A DNA stretch of 16,562 nucleotides from Promethearchaeota archaeon (lineage in GTDB: Archaea; Asgardarchaeota; Thorarchaeia; Thorarchaeales; Thorarchaeaceae): positions 1 to 16,562 of the forward strand of contig JALVPN010000062.1 of NCBI GenBank assembly GCA_027031765.1. The letters run 5' to 3'. This document shows, one piece after another, positions 1 through 7,338 of the stretch (positions within the stretch are counted from its first letter, which is position 1; every line of letters starts with the position of its first letter). The notes under the pieces were generated by a model that worked only from the letters and a program-made list of their open reading frames with translations, ran no database searches and was not told the origin of the DNA. Made by a program: the position numbers and the translations under genes.

Positions 1-1
1 C

Positions 2-307
2 TGGGTGATCGTGGCCAACTACATGCTGCTCCTCCTGCTCGCAGCTGCAGTGTACCTGTCACTGCTCCTCTGGCAACTCGCTGCTGACTCTTGGCTCCGG
101 TGGGGCGGCCCGACAAACATAGTGGTCATCACTCTGAGCGTCGTGATCTCCATTGTCGACACATGCCTCTGGATTGTCGCCGGCCAGCCACTGCTCCCGG
201 CTGTGTCTACCACGCCCCTCGTCGGGCCGGCGAGCATGGTGGCGGTCTTCTGCATGTACAGCCTGTGGCTGCTCCAGCACATCGCCAAGCAGCAGCAGGA
301 ACAGTGA
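2..307 (+). CDS. Hypothetical integral membrane protein, C-terminal part (5' end probably outside the window)
   Basis: The frame is open from the window edge to TGA at 305-307. It has about three hydrophobic segments (YMLLLLLAAAVYLSLLLW, IVVITLSVVISIVDTCLWIVAG, ASMVAVFCMYSLWLL) and a polar tail. No family recognised. Confidence 0.65.
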   Translation, partial: WVIVANYMLLLLLAAAVYLSLLLWQLAADSWLRWGGPTNIVVITLSVVISIVDTCLWIVAGQPLLPAVSTTPLVGPASMVAVFCMYSLWLLQHIAKQQQEQ

Positions 308-612
308 CTGCTGGTACCAGTGGGGCCTGCACAGAGGGCGGTGACACAGGGGACAGGACACGTGTGCCCGGAATAGTGACCAGTCCCGCCTGACGAGGAG
401 TCGGCCCGCTATCATTGGAGCACCTGGTACCCGCTGAACGTGTGACTGGTGTAGCACCGCCTGTGCTAGGGTGTTGTGCCACTGGAGTTCGCACACCGCA
501 GACAGTCCTGAGAGGGCCACACGCATAGGAGCACTCAGGGCTTTTTTCCGCTGGGGTCAGCTTGACACGGTACCATGTGTTGTCGCGGCCCAGAGTTGCG
601 GTGCAAGCAACC

Positions 613-620
613 CTTATATT
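613..620 (+). promoter_or_regulatory. Putative archaeal TATA box (CTTATATT) upstream of the NYN gene
   Basis: An AT-rich TTATAT box in GC-rich intergenic DNA, about 115 nt before ATG 735. The same CTTATATTG string occurs on the minus strand upstream of the DHH gene (12311-12319). Confidence 0.45.
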
Positions 621-734
621 GCAGCTGGGCCCTCAATACTACTGCCTGGGTCATGGTGAATGACTCAGGAGTTATACTCCCCGGCCACAGAGCTAGGTGC
701 CCGGGTGTTATATTCCTCATTTGGGGGGAGTCAC

Positions 735-1301
735 ATGTTTCAGAGACCTCCCGCATACGTCTTTGTTGATGGCGGCTACATGGCGAAGCTGAACTTGGAG
801 TTTGGGGGACGGATTGACCTCCCGCGTTTTCTGGACAAGGTGTGTGAGCCGAACTACAGGCGCAAGCGTACCTACTGGTTCGACGCCCTTCCTTGGAAGG
901 GGCGGGACCCAACACCCGAACAGCAGAAGCGCTTCGAGAACAAGCGGAAGTTCCTGGAGCGTCTGGAATACATTGACCGGACAGAGGTGCAGCTCGGCAA
1001 GGTGGAGCCTAGGTTCCCTCTTGGTGGTGGGGCTCCGGTCTTCGTACAGAAGCAGGTCGACGTGCTCCTGTCGCTCAAGCTGGTCGTCGTAGCATTCAAG
1101 GGTGATGCAGAGTTCCTAATCCTGATTGCAGGTGACAGTGACCTCGTACCTGCAGTTGTCACGGCAAAGGATGCAGGCGCCACCGTAATCCTGTTCTACG
1201 CGGACATCGGGAACGTCAGGACGCACAAGGCCCTCATGATGGCTGCCGACGAACGGGTGGAGATTACAAGGGAATACCTTGCTGATGTGATGCTCTCATA
1301 G
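735..1301 (+). CDS. NYN domain (LabA/DUF88, PIN-like fold) putative ribonuclease, 188 aa
   Basis: Motifs YVFVDGGY, VQKQVDVLL and LIAGDSDLVP carry the conserved NYN acidic residues. ATG 735 is preceded by GGGGGAG (SD-like). The GTG/ATG extension to 660 in the ORF track overlaps a structured leader and is probably non-coding. Confidence 0.9.
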   Translation: MFQRPPAYVFVDGGYMAKLNLEFGGRIDLPRFLDKVCEPNYRRKRTYWFDALPWKGRDPTPEQQKRFENKRKFLERLEYIDRTEVQLGKVEPRFPLGGGAPVFVQKQVDVLLSLKLVVVAFKGDAEFLILIAGDSDLVPAVVTAKDAGATVILFYADIGNVRTHKALMMAADERVEITREYLADVMLS

Positions 1302-1383
1302 CAACCCCCCTATCTCCTGCGCTGCGGTACCCGGGACGGGGCCGGATGTTGTCCGGTTCGGTGCGGTCATGTCATTGTTGTGC

Positions 1384-1503
1384 TCAGGTCGGCGCTCGTA
1401 TGGCACAGTGCACTATCAGCTCCTTGTGCTCCTCTGAAACTGGTCGGTCATCATACCCACGTATTGGTGCTCTCCTGTCAAGTAGTCGTATGGTCTCGTT
1501 CAC
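1384..1503 (-). pseudogene. Truncated nitroreductase (NADH oxidase/flavin reductase family), N-terminal 39 aa only
   Basis: Translated by hand (below the ORF track cutoff): (M)NETIRLLDRRAPIRGYDDRPVSEEHKELIVHCAIRAPT*. This matches the family N-terminal pattern RRSIRxYxxxPV...AxRAP(S/T). The GTG start overlaps the upstream stop (GTGA), and TGA follows immediately after RAPT. Confidence 0.7.
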
Positions 1504-2117
1504 CCGTTCTCACTCGCCTCCTCAACCCCTTCCGCATAGTCGGTGGCTGCCTGACGCATGTTCCACTCCACGATGTCCTGGATGTCCTCGCGGCTGGTCA
1601 CAGTACTGGCCAGTGCGACACACGGTCCATCGGTCAACCGGCTCCTGATGACCCGGAGTGCGCACAGGTCTGCAAGGACGACAACAGCAATCAGGACCAG
1701 GAACACCAGCAGCACGATGTCCAACGGGAATGGGCTCAGCCACGTTATCAGCGTGAGCACAGACAGATTGGCCGCCTCCACTGCGTACTGTACAGGCCTT
1801 ACAAAGGGGGCCTTGGCGACCTCGTACACGTCATCGGGCGTCATCCTCTCGTACCCACTGATCCTGAAGCTGATGTTGCCAATCCTGTGCACGACGAAGT
1901 CCTCCACCTCGAAGCCGAGTGCGGCAAGCTTGGCAATGTGGCTGCTCTCGTGTAGTGCAGTGCCCACTGCCGCCATCACAAGGGCCACCAGAAAGAACAG
2001 GGCGCCAAACGTGACATAGTCGAGGGCCTCTGCTGCTGTCCATGGCCTTACCAGCAGAGAGATGACCACCGTGAGGGCAAGGACTGCGACTACCTTTGAC
2101 CTCCGGAGCTGCGTCAC
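1500..2117 (-). CDS. Hypothetical multi-pass membrane protein (true start possibly ATG 2160 via a 1-nt frameshift)
   Basis: A 205-aa ORF with 3-4 hydrophobic segments (VVAVLALTVVISLLV, FGALFFLVALVMAAVG, LDIVLLVFLVLIAVVVLA) separated by a soluble loop. The overlapping plus-strand ORFs look like antisense shadows. Confidence 0.75.
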   Translation of the reverse strand: MTQLRRSKVVAVLALTVVISLLVRPWTAAEALDYVTFGALFFLVALVMAAVGTALHESSHIAKLAALGFEVEDFVVHRIGNISFRISGYERMTPDDVYEVAKAPFVRPVQYAVEAANLSVLTLITWLSPFPLDIVLLVFLVLIAVVVLADLCALRVIRSRLTDGPCVALASTVTSREDIQDIVEWNMRQAATDYAEGVEEASENG

Positions 2118-2563
2118 AAGGAGACCGGTACCAACTCTTCGTGGTTGAATGACAGGTCATGCCTCCCTAGGCTTCAACAGCGCTACGGGCAAGCTGCTGA
2201 TAAGCGTTGCACATCACGTGGTTCATCAGTCACGTAGCCCGCGGGCCGTCCCAGAGGACGAGTGACCTCCGTTGGGTGCGGACGTGAGGCCTGTCCATAG
2301 GGGCATGAGCGGGTGCGGTCGTCCGGTTATCACCGCGGGCACCGGGTATCGGGGGGTCGGATAACAGGCGCTGGTGCAGGGGCCGTGGGCAGTCCCAGTG
2401 CCGGGACTTCCTCACATGGACACCGGCGGCGACCCATAGCTCCTCGCTTGCCCCTCAACAGAGTGCAGGATGTGGCTGGAGAACACCGGGAGTGCACAGT
2501 CACCCCAGAGGCCGGTCCGACGTGCTCCGTTGTGGTACCGGTGCAACGCAGGCTGAGCGCTAC

Positions 2564-2569
2564 TTATAA
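2564..2569 (+). promoter_or_regulatory. Putative TATA box (TTATAA, palindromic) upstream of the MazG-like gene
   Basis: ACTTATAAG lies about 36 nt before GTG 2605, and GGGAGG (SD-like) is at 2591-2596. Confidence 0.5.
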
Positions 2570-2604
2570 GGGGGCACTGGGCCGTGGCGTGGGAGGTACG
2601 TACA

Positions 2605-2970
2605 GTGTCACCACAGTCCACAGTCGAGAGTATGACGGAGCGTGTCCGTGAGTTCGTCGAGGCACGTCGTTGGCAGCAGTATCACCGGCCGGTAGCACTG
2701 GCGCTATCCGTTGCGATCGAGACCGGCGAGCTCCTGGAGCTCTTCCAGTGGCGGACTGACGGGCAGGTGCTTGAGGCGTTACGCTCAGAGGCGTTCCGGA
2801 GCGCTCTTGCCGATGAGATTGCTGATGTCTTCATATACCTGCTCAGGCTCTGCGATGTGACCAACATCGACCTTGCCGAGGCCTTCGAGTCCAAGATGCG
2901 TAGGAACGAGGCCAAGTACCCCGCTCCGGAATGGGCCGGCGTCGCACCCAACAAGCACCGTGACGACTAG
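2605..2970 (+). CDS. MazG-like nucleotide pyrophosphohydrolase (all-alpha NTP-PPase, dCTP pyrophosphatase-like)
   Basis: VREFVEARRWQQYHRPVALALSVAIETGELLELFQW and LADEIADVFIYLLRLCD give the ExxE...ExxD metal-binding pattern, followed by KMRRNEAKYP. Start placed at GTG 2605, after GGGAGG. Confidence 0.9.
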   Translation: MSPQSTVESMTERVREFVEARRWQQYHRPVALALSVAIETGELLELFQWRTDGQVLEALRSEAFRSALADEIADVFIYLLRLCDVTNIDLAEAFESKMRRNEAKYPAPEWAGVAPNKHRDD

Positions 2971-3764
2971 ACGAGCCTGCGGTAGAGCTCAGGCCTGCGG
3001 TCTCCAAGGACATCGTTCCGCTCTGTGACCTTCTTGTTGCGTGCCTCCAGTGGGTCTATCTCTACGGCCCCCACTGTTTCCTCGTCCTTGGACAGGCGGA
3101 GCAGGACATCACCTCTGGGCCCGGTGACCTGCGACATCCCGGTGAACGTGAGCCCACGTTCGGTCCCAACGCGGTTGGCCGTGGCGGTGAACACACGGTT
3201 CTCAATAGAGCGTGTCACCATGGCGTCCTGACAGTATGGCAGGACCAGGTTCGCAGGGTGGAGTATCACGTCGGCCCCCTTGAGGGCAAGGATACGGGCG
3301 GTCTCGGGGAACGCCCAGTCAAAGCATATCATGACCCCGTACCTGACCCCATCATACTCGATGACCGGGGGCTCCTCGTCACCGGGGCGGAACAGCACCT
3401 TCTCCCTGTCGAAGAGGTGGGCCTTGCGGTACGTGCACAGGTGCTTGCCACTACCGAACATCACAGCTGAATTGTAGAACCCCTGTCCGTGCCGTTCCGC
3501 CACCCCGGCCACGACGAGTCGCCCGGCAGCCGACCACTCCCTCAGGAGCTCGCAGTATGGCCCACCGGGTATTGCCTCCGCCATGGTTGCCAGCTCGTCC
3601 CTGCCGCTGAAGGCGTAACCGGAGTTGGCAAGCTCGGGGAGCACCAGTACATCCACGCCATGCCTGTCTGCCACTGCGAGAATGCGCGATGTGGCCTCCC
3701 GCGACTCCTCCGCACGGCACAGTACCGGCCTGAACTGGGCGACCCCAATGACGACCACTGGCAC
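2967..3764 (-). CDS. Carbon-nitrogen hydrolase (nitrilase/amidase superfamily)
   Basis: The Glu-Lys-Cys triad motifs are present: VLPELANSGY, YRKAHLF, MICFDWAFPE. Also RILALKGAD, RSIENRVF and DRRPELY. Confidence 0.95.
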   Translation of the reverse strand: MPVVVIGVAQFRPVLCRAEESREATSRILAVADRHGVDVLVLPELANSGYAFSGRDELATMAEAIPGGPYCELLREWSAAGRLVVAGVAERHGQGFYNSAVMFGSGKHLCTYRKAHLFDREKVLFRPGDEEPPVIEYDGVRYGVMICFDWAFPETARILALKGADVILHPANLVLPYCQDAMVTRSIENRVFTATANRVGTERGLTFTGMSQVTGPRGDVLLRLSKDEETVGAVEIDPLEARNKKVTERNDVLGDRRPELYRRLV

Positions 3765-3773
3765 GACCCACCA

Positions 3774-4676
3774 TCAGAAGATGCTGTCGCTGTCGCTGTC
3801 GTCGCGGTCTGCGGTCTCGCTCACAGTGTCCTGGTCTGCTGCAGCCTCTCCGGTTCCCTCTGCCTCCTCGGGGGCTGGGGGCAGTGGCACAGGTACGAGC
3901 TCTGGCTTCTCGGCAAAGTGCATTGGGTTGTCCGGGTTCAGGTCGGGCTCTTCCATCATCAGTCGCGTCAGCACCTCATCGGCCTCTGAGAGGAGGCTCC
4001 GGATCCGGTACTCGACCACTGGACTGTACAGTATCATGGGGACGAAGACTGCAACCATGACGTACCTGAGTGGCCACAGGTCGTAGGTGAAGGCTGTGTC
4101 TATGAACATCTGGTATAGCTTGAAGGCAATCTCGACAGTCCCCCATATGGTGCCGAAGAGGATGGCCAACTGTCGGATCCAGACCAGCCGGTTGAACGCA
4201 CTGCGGCTCTGGTTGTACCACTCATCGTAGGACGGGTGTCCCAGCTCGTAGTAGAGGAGCCCGCCCCGTCGTGCTGCATAGACTGCAAGTCTCCCTATGA
4301 ACGTACGGTGTTCGCGCTCAATCAGCAGTCTGCACATGTGCCTGCGCTTCACAAACCCACCAAACGTGAATATTGAGAAGACGAGCATGATGATGGCCCA
4401 CGCTATGAACACCATCACCATCGCCACAGCAATTATCAGGAAACAGATGGCCTCGCACTCGCCACCGGCACCTCCCCCGTCACAGCTGCAGTCCCCAAGC
4501 GTGGCCTCCATCTCTGAGACCACCATGACATGACCTGTTTCCTCTGTGTATACGGCCTCCTTGTCGGGGTTGATACCGGTGATGTGTTCGACACCCTCCT
4601 TCAGGGCCTTGTGCGAGATGCCAACGCACTGGTACGCTGTCATGGTCCGTTCCAGTCGGGCGCGCGTCTCAGACAT
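3774..4676 (-). CDS. Hypothetical membrane protein with a Cys/Gly-rich segment and acidic C-terminal tail
   Basis: A roughly 300-aa ORF: DCSCDGGGAGGECEAIC, then a long hydrophobic hairpin, two more hydrophobic segments and an acidic tail (EEAEGTGEAAADQD...DDSDSDSIF). The stop lies 10 nt before the nitrilase start. Confidence 0.8.
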   Translation of the reverse strand: MSETRARLERTMTAYQCVGISHKALKEGVEHITGINPDKEAVYTEETGHVMVVSEMEATLGDCSCDGGGAGGECEAICFLIIAVAMVMVFIAWAIIMLVFSIFTFGGFVKRRHMCRLLIEREHRTFIGRLAVYAARRGGLLYYELGHPSYDEWYNQSRSAFNRLVWIRQLAILFGTIWGTVEIAFKLYQMFIDTAFTYDLWPLRYVMVAVFVPMILYSPVVEYRIRSLLSEADEVLTRLMMEEPDLNPDNPMHFAEKPELVPVPLPPAPEEAEGTGEAAADQDTVSETADRDDSDSDSIF

Positions 4677-4695
4677 CCTCACTCACTCACGCGTA

Positions 4696-4950
4696 TCAGT
4701 CGTCCAGAACGCCTCTCGGTCGTCTGGACACTATATGCAGTACGTACATGGCACTACATAAAGGGTCTGTACGGCTAGTACGTCGCCCTGTTTCACGCTC
4801 CGGCTGCACTTGCATCGCTGTCATGGCGTCCTCCCATTCATAGTTTTCCTTGGCCGGCGGCAGTGGTACTGACACCGCTCTTGGACGCACGACAACCGAC
4901 ACCGGGCTGTCCGGCCTGCGGTCAGACCCCTCAGTCACGGGTCTTGCCAT
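4696..4950 (-). CDS. Possible small hypothetical protein (84 aa)
   Basis: ATG 4950 is preceded by GCGGAGTA (GGAG), and the central part PVSVVVRPRAVSVPLPPAKENYEWEDAM looks protein-like. No family recognised, and the 3' part overlaps the presumed promoter of the next gene. Confidence 0.3.
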   Translation of the reverse strand: MARPVTEGSDRRPDSPVSVVVRPRAVSVPLPPAKENYEWEDAMTAMQVQPERETGRRTSRTDPLCSAMYVLHIVSRRPRGVLDD

Positions 4951-5224
4951 TACTCCGCTGCCCACGGCGGGCGCCCTACCTGCACATCCGCCCAGACAGG
5001 CCCGTGCGAGTCTTGGCCGTGACCGCTGAGGAGGGTGACCCCCTACCACCATGCGCCTGGTGGAGTGTCCCGAGAGAACACCGCTGCCACACACACGCAG
5101 CTACGTGGTGCTCCATCGCTTCCGGCCGTGTGTTTGGAAAGACTTATGCTGTGCGGATACCCCAGTCAGTCTGCTGTACAGGGGCCGCCCCCTGACCGGT
5201 GGAGCATGTCCGGGGTGTGGTGTC

Positions 5225-5326
5225 ATGCGTCAACCTGGTGATGACTGGGCCGACGAGGTCGAGTGGGACGAAGAAGAGTGGGGCGACGAGTGGGACGAGT
5301 TCGACGACGATGAGGACGACTGGTAG
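5225..5326 (+). CDS. Putative 33-aa acidic Trp-rich micropeptide
   Basis: MRQPGDDWADEVEWDEEEWGDEWDEFDDDEDDW*: 19 of 33 residues are Asp/Glu and 5 are Trp. GGGGTGTGGTGTC precedes the ATG, and a GAAAGACTTATG BRE/TATA-like element sits at about 5137-5148. Confidence 0.55.
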   Translation: MRQPGDDWADEVEWDEEEWGDEWDEFDDDEDDW

Positions 5327-5548
5327 TGAGGGCCCTGTTGGTGAGGGCTCCTGGCCGGGCCGCTGTTGTGAGGACCGTTCCGCAGTGGGGTCATGCCCGT
5401 AGCCAGCACGACGTCCCTCCTATGTCCTGCGTGTCCTCGTCAGCTGCTCTGTCCCATGACCGATGTTACACTCCACGTGTTGGGCTGGCCGTTCGGGGGG
5501 CAGGCACTCGGCGCTGCGTGACCACGAGCTCACAGTGCCCGTGACGTT

Positions 5549-6352
5549 CTAGAAGAGGCCGCCACGCATCGCGGTCTGACATGTGCAGCCTGCCTCTTCT
5601 GGGATGCGGTCTATCATCTCAAAGGTGAGCTTGCGCACGCGCTGGATGTTCTTGGCCATCGTCTGGAGGACCATCTCATGCGTGACGTGCTCTTCACCGT
5701 GCACGTCGTAGTCGGTAGGCATCGAGATGTTGACGAAGCAGATCCCCGCTTCCCGGGCAAGGACGGCCTCTGGGTAGGCGGTCATGCCTATGACATCGAA
5801 CCCCTGTCTGTGATAGAACATGGACTCGGCAGCTGTAGAGAACCGCGGGCCGTTGATACAGACATACGTACCGCCATCGTGTACCCTGTAGCCTAGCTCC
5901 TTTGCGGTCTCCACGGCGACCCTGCGCAGCTCCGGGCAGAAAGGCTCTGCAAATGCCACATGCGCCACCGGCCCGCCCTCGAAGAAAGTGTCCTTGCGCC
6001 GGCCGAACGTCCTGTCAAAGAGCTGGTCGGCCACGACGAACTCACCGAGCTTGATCTTGTCAGGCTGGAGGCTGCCGCATGCCGCCGGACTGATGAGCCG
6101 CTTCACTCCAAGGGCCTTCATCGCCCAGACGTTGGCCCGGTAGTTGATGAGGTGGGGCGGGATGGTGTGCCCCCGTGCGTGCCGTGCGAGGAACGCAAAG
6201 CTCCGTCCTTTAGCCCGGCCCACGATCAGGTGGTCTGACGGTGCACCGAAGGGCGCGGACCCTGTGATCTCAAGGGGGTCTTCAATCACCGTGGCTTCGT
6301 AGTTGCCGCTGCCACCGAACATTCCAATCTCAATGGGTAGGAGGCCCTCCAC
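5549..6352 (-). CDS. mtnP: S-methyl-5'-thioadenosine phosphorylase (MTAP, PNP/MTAP family 2)
   Basis: Motifs IGMFGGSG, FLARHARGHTIPPHLINYRANVWAMK, DQLFDRT, GPRFSTAAES and GMTAYPE. PTDYD carries the DxD pattern typical of amino-purine (MTA) specificity. The start is uncertain (GTG 6352 preferred over 6460). Confidence 0.92.
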   Translation of the reverse strand: MEGLLPIEIGMFGGSGNYEATVIEDPLEITGSAPFGAPSDHLIVGRAKGRSFAFLARHARGHTIPPHLINYRANVWAMKALGVKRLISPAACGSLQPDKIKLGEFVVADQLFDRTFGRRKDTFFEGGPVAHVAFAEPFCPELRRVAVETAKELGYRVHDGGTYVCINGPRFSTAAESMFYHRQGFDVIGMTAYPEAVLAREAGICFVNISMPTDYDVHGEEHVTHEMVLQTMAKNIQRVRKLTFEMIDRIPEEAGCTCQTAMRGGLF

Positions 6353-6589
6353 ATCTGAGGTCCTCGACCTGTCAAGTGCCACGAACTCAAGCCTTGCTTC
6401 AAACGCCAATCCGTTCACGACTCCTGGAGTGGTCTGCTCACTGCCTCCACAGACCTGCATTTATTTTGAATGGCCGCTGCCGGGGCCCTGACCGTGGTGT
6501 CCCTGCCGGTAGCTGCCTGGACAGGTGGTGGGCCGGCCTCCTCCTGGTCCTGTCTGCGCCGTGCACAGGGCCTCAGACAGACAGTGTGT

Positions 6590-7255
6590 TCACTTCTTCA
6601 GTCGCCAGACCTTGTCCAGAGGGTACTCGATGAGCCCGAGGTACCCCATATGCGCCTTGACCTTGGACAGACGTTCGTCATCAAGCACGATGTTGTTGTA
6701 CTCACGCAGGTGCTTCTTGACCTCCTGCGTGCTCATCTCAGTGACCTTCTCGCCCTCGAATATCTTCATGACCAGCGATGTCAGGTCCTCAAAGAAGTTC
6801 CAGGGCCAGATCTCCCACGCCCACGAGACCGAGACGCCATAGTAGTCGGGCTCGAACTCGGAACCAACAATGTGCATCAGCGTTGCCGAGCGGACCTCTG
6901 CAGCACCATGTTCCTTCACGTGCTCGACAGCCATGGTCAGGCTCTGTCCAGTGTCGGTGATGTCGTCCACCACCAAGACCTTGCGTCCTGTGAGGTCTAC
7001 GTTCAGGGGCGTTGTCAGCTTGGCCTGTCCGTCCTTGGTCGCTGTCACTCCCCAGTGGTCGATTTTCAGGCTGTAGAGGTCCTTCACACCCAACAGGTCG
7101 CACTGGATTCGTGCGTGCACCCAGCCACCACGGGCAACACCGACGATGGCGTCGGGCCGCCAGCCAGACTCCTTGACCTTCTGGGCCGTCTGGTAGGCAT
7201 ACTGGTAGATGTCGTCAAAGTCGAGGACGTAGCACAGGGGTCCCTTGAGTTCCAT
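6590..7255 (-). CDS. Type I phosphoribosyltransferase, archaeal purine (Gpt/Hpt-like) family
   Basis: PDAIVGVARGGW, the PRPP-binding loop VLVVDDITDTGQSL, and WEIWPW at the family C-terminal W-x-x-F-P-W position. ATG 7255 is preferred, with a GAAAGCTTTTAGA BRE/TATA-like element about 40 nt upstream. Confidence 0.9.
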   Translation of the reverse strand: MELKGPLCYVLDFDDIYQYAYQTAQKVKESGWRPDAIVGVARGGWVHARIQCDLLGVKDLYSLKIDHWGVTATKDGQAKLTTPLNVDLTGRKVLVVDDITDTGQSLTMAVEHVKEHGAAEVRSATLMHIVGSEFEPDYYGVSVSWAWEIWPWNFFEDLTSLVMKIFEGEKVTEMSTQEVKKHLREYNNIVLDDERLSKVKAHMGYLGLIEYPLDKVWRLKK

Positions 7256-7338
7256 CTTGGTCACAACCCGAGTCTCCGGCTCTAGGTCACACTCTAAAAG
7301 CTTTCTTCCTCGGCCGTGCTGTCCCGGGGCATGCGACA

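Noticed and set aside
59-526. Minus-strand ORF with a CPLCHRPLCRPH zinc-finger-like string
   Set aside because: More than half of it is the antisense shadow of the hydrophobic + strand ORF, there are no clear start signals, and the motif is short enough to be chance.
562-567. TTGACA, a bacterial -35 consensus
   Set aside because: There is no -10 element at 16-18 nt spacing (GCGGCC there), and the window uses archaeal-type signals.
660-734. 25-aa N-terminal extension of the NYN ORF
   Set aside because: NYN proteins begin just before the first catalytic Asp strand, ATG 735 has an SD-like element, and the region folds as RNA.
2396-2415. GAGGAAGTCCCGG on the minus strand resembles the 5' conserved P4 motif of RNase P RNA
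   Set aside because: I found no matching 3' P4 motif (AACAGAA..GGCUUA-like) downstream, so it is not called as RNase P.
5325-5375. Short repeated words (TGAGGG, CTGTTG) after the micropeptide, considered as a mini CRISPR or tandem repeat
   Set aside because: The units are only 6-8 nt, irregularly spaced and lack repeat-spacer periodicity.
6353-6460. Long N-terminal extension of MTAP (similarly 7256-7339 for the PRTase)
   Set aside because: The family folds start at the IGxxGGSG strand and near MELKGP respectively, and the extensions contain promoter-like AT-rich boxes.
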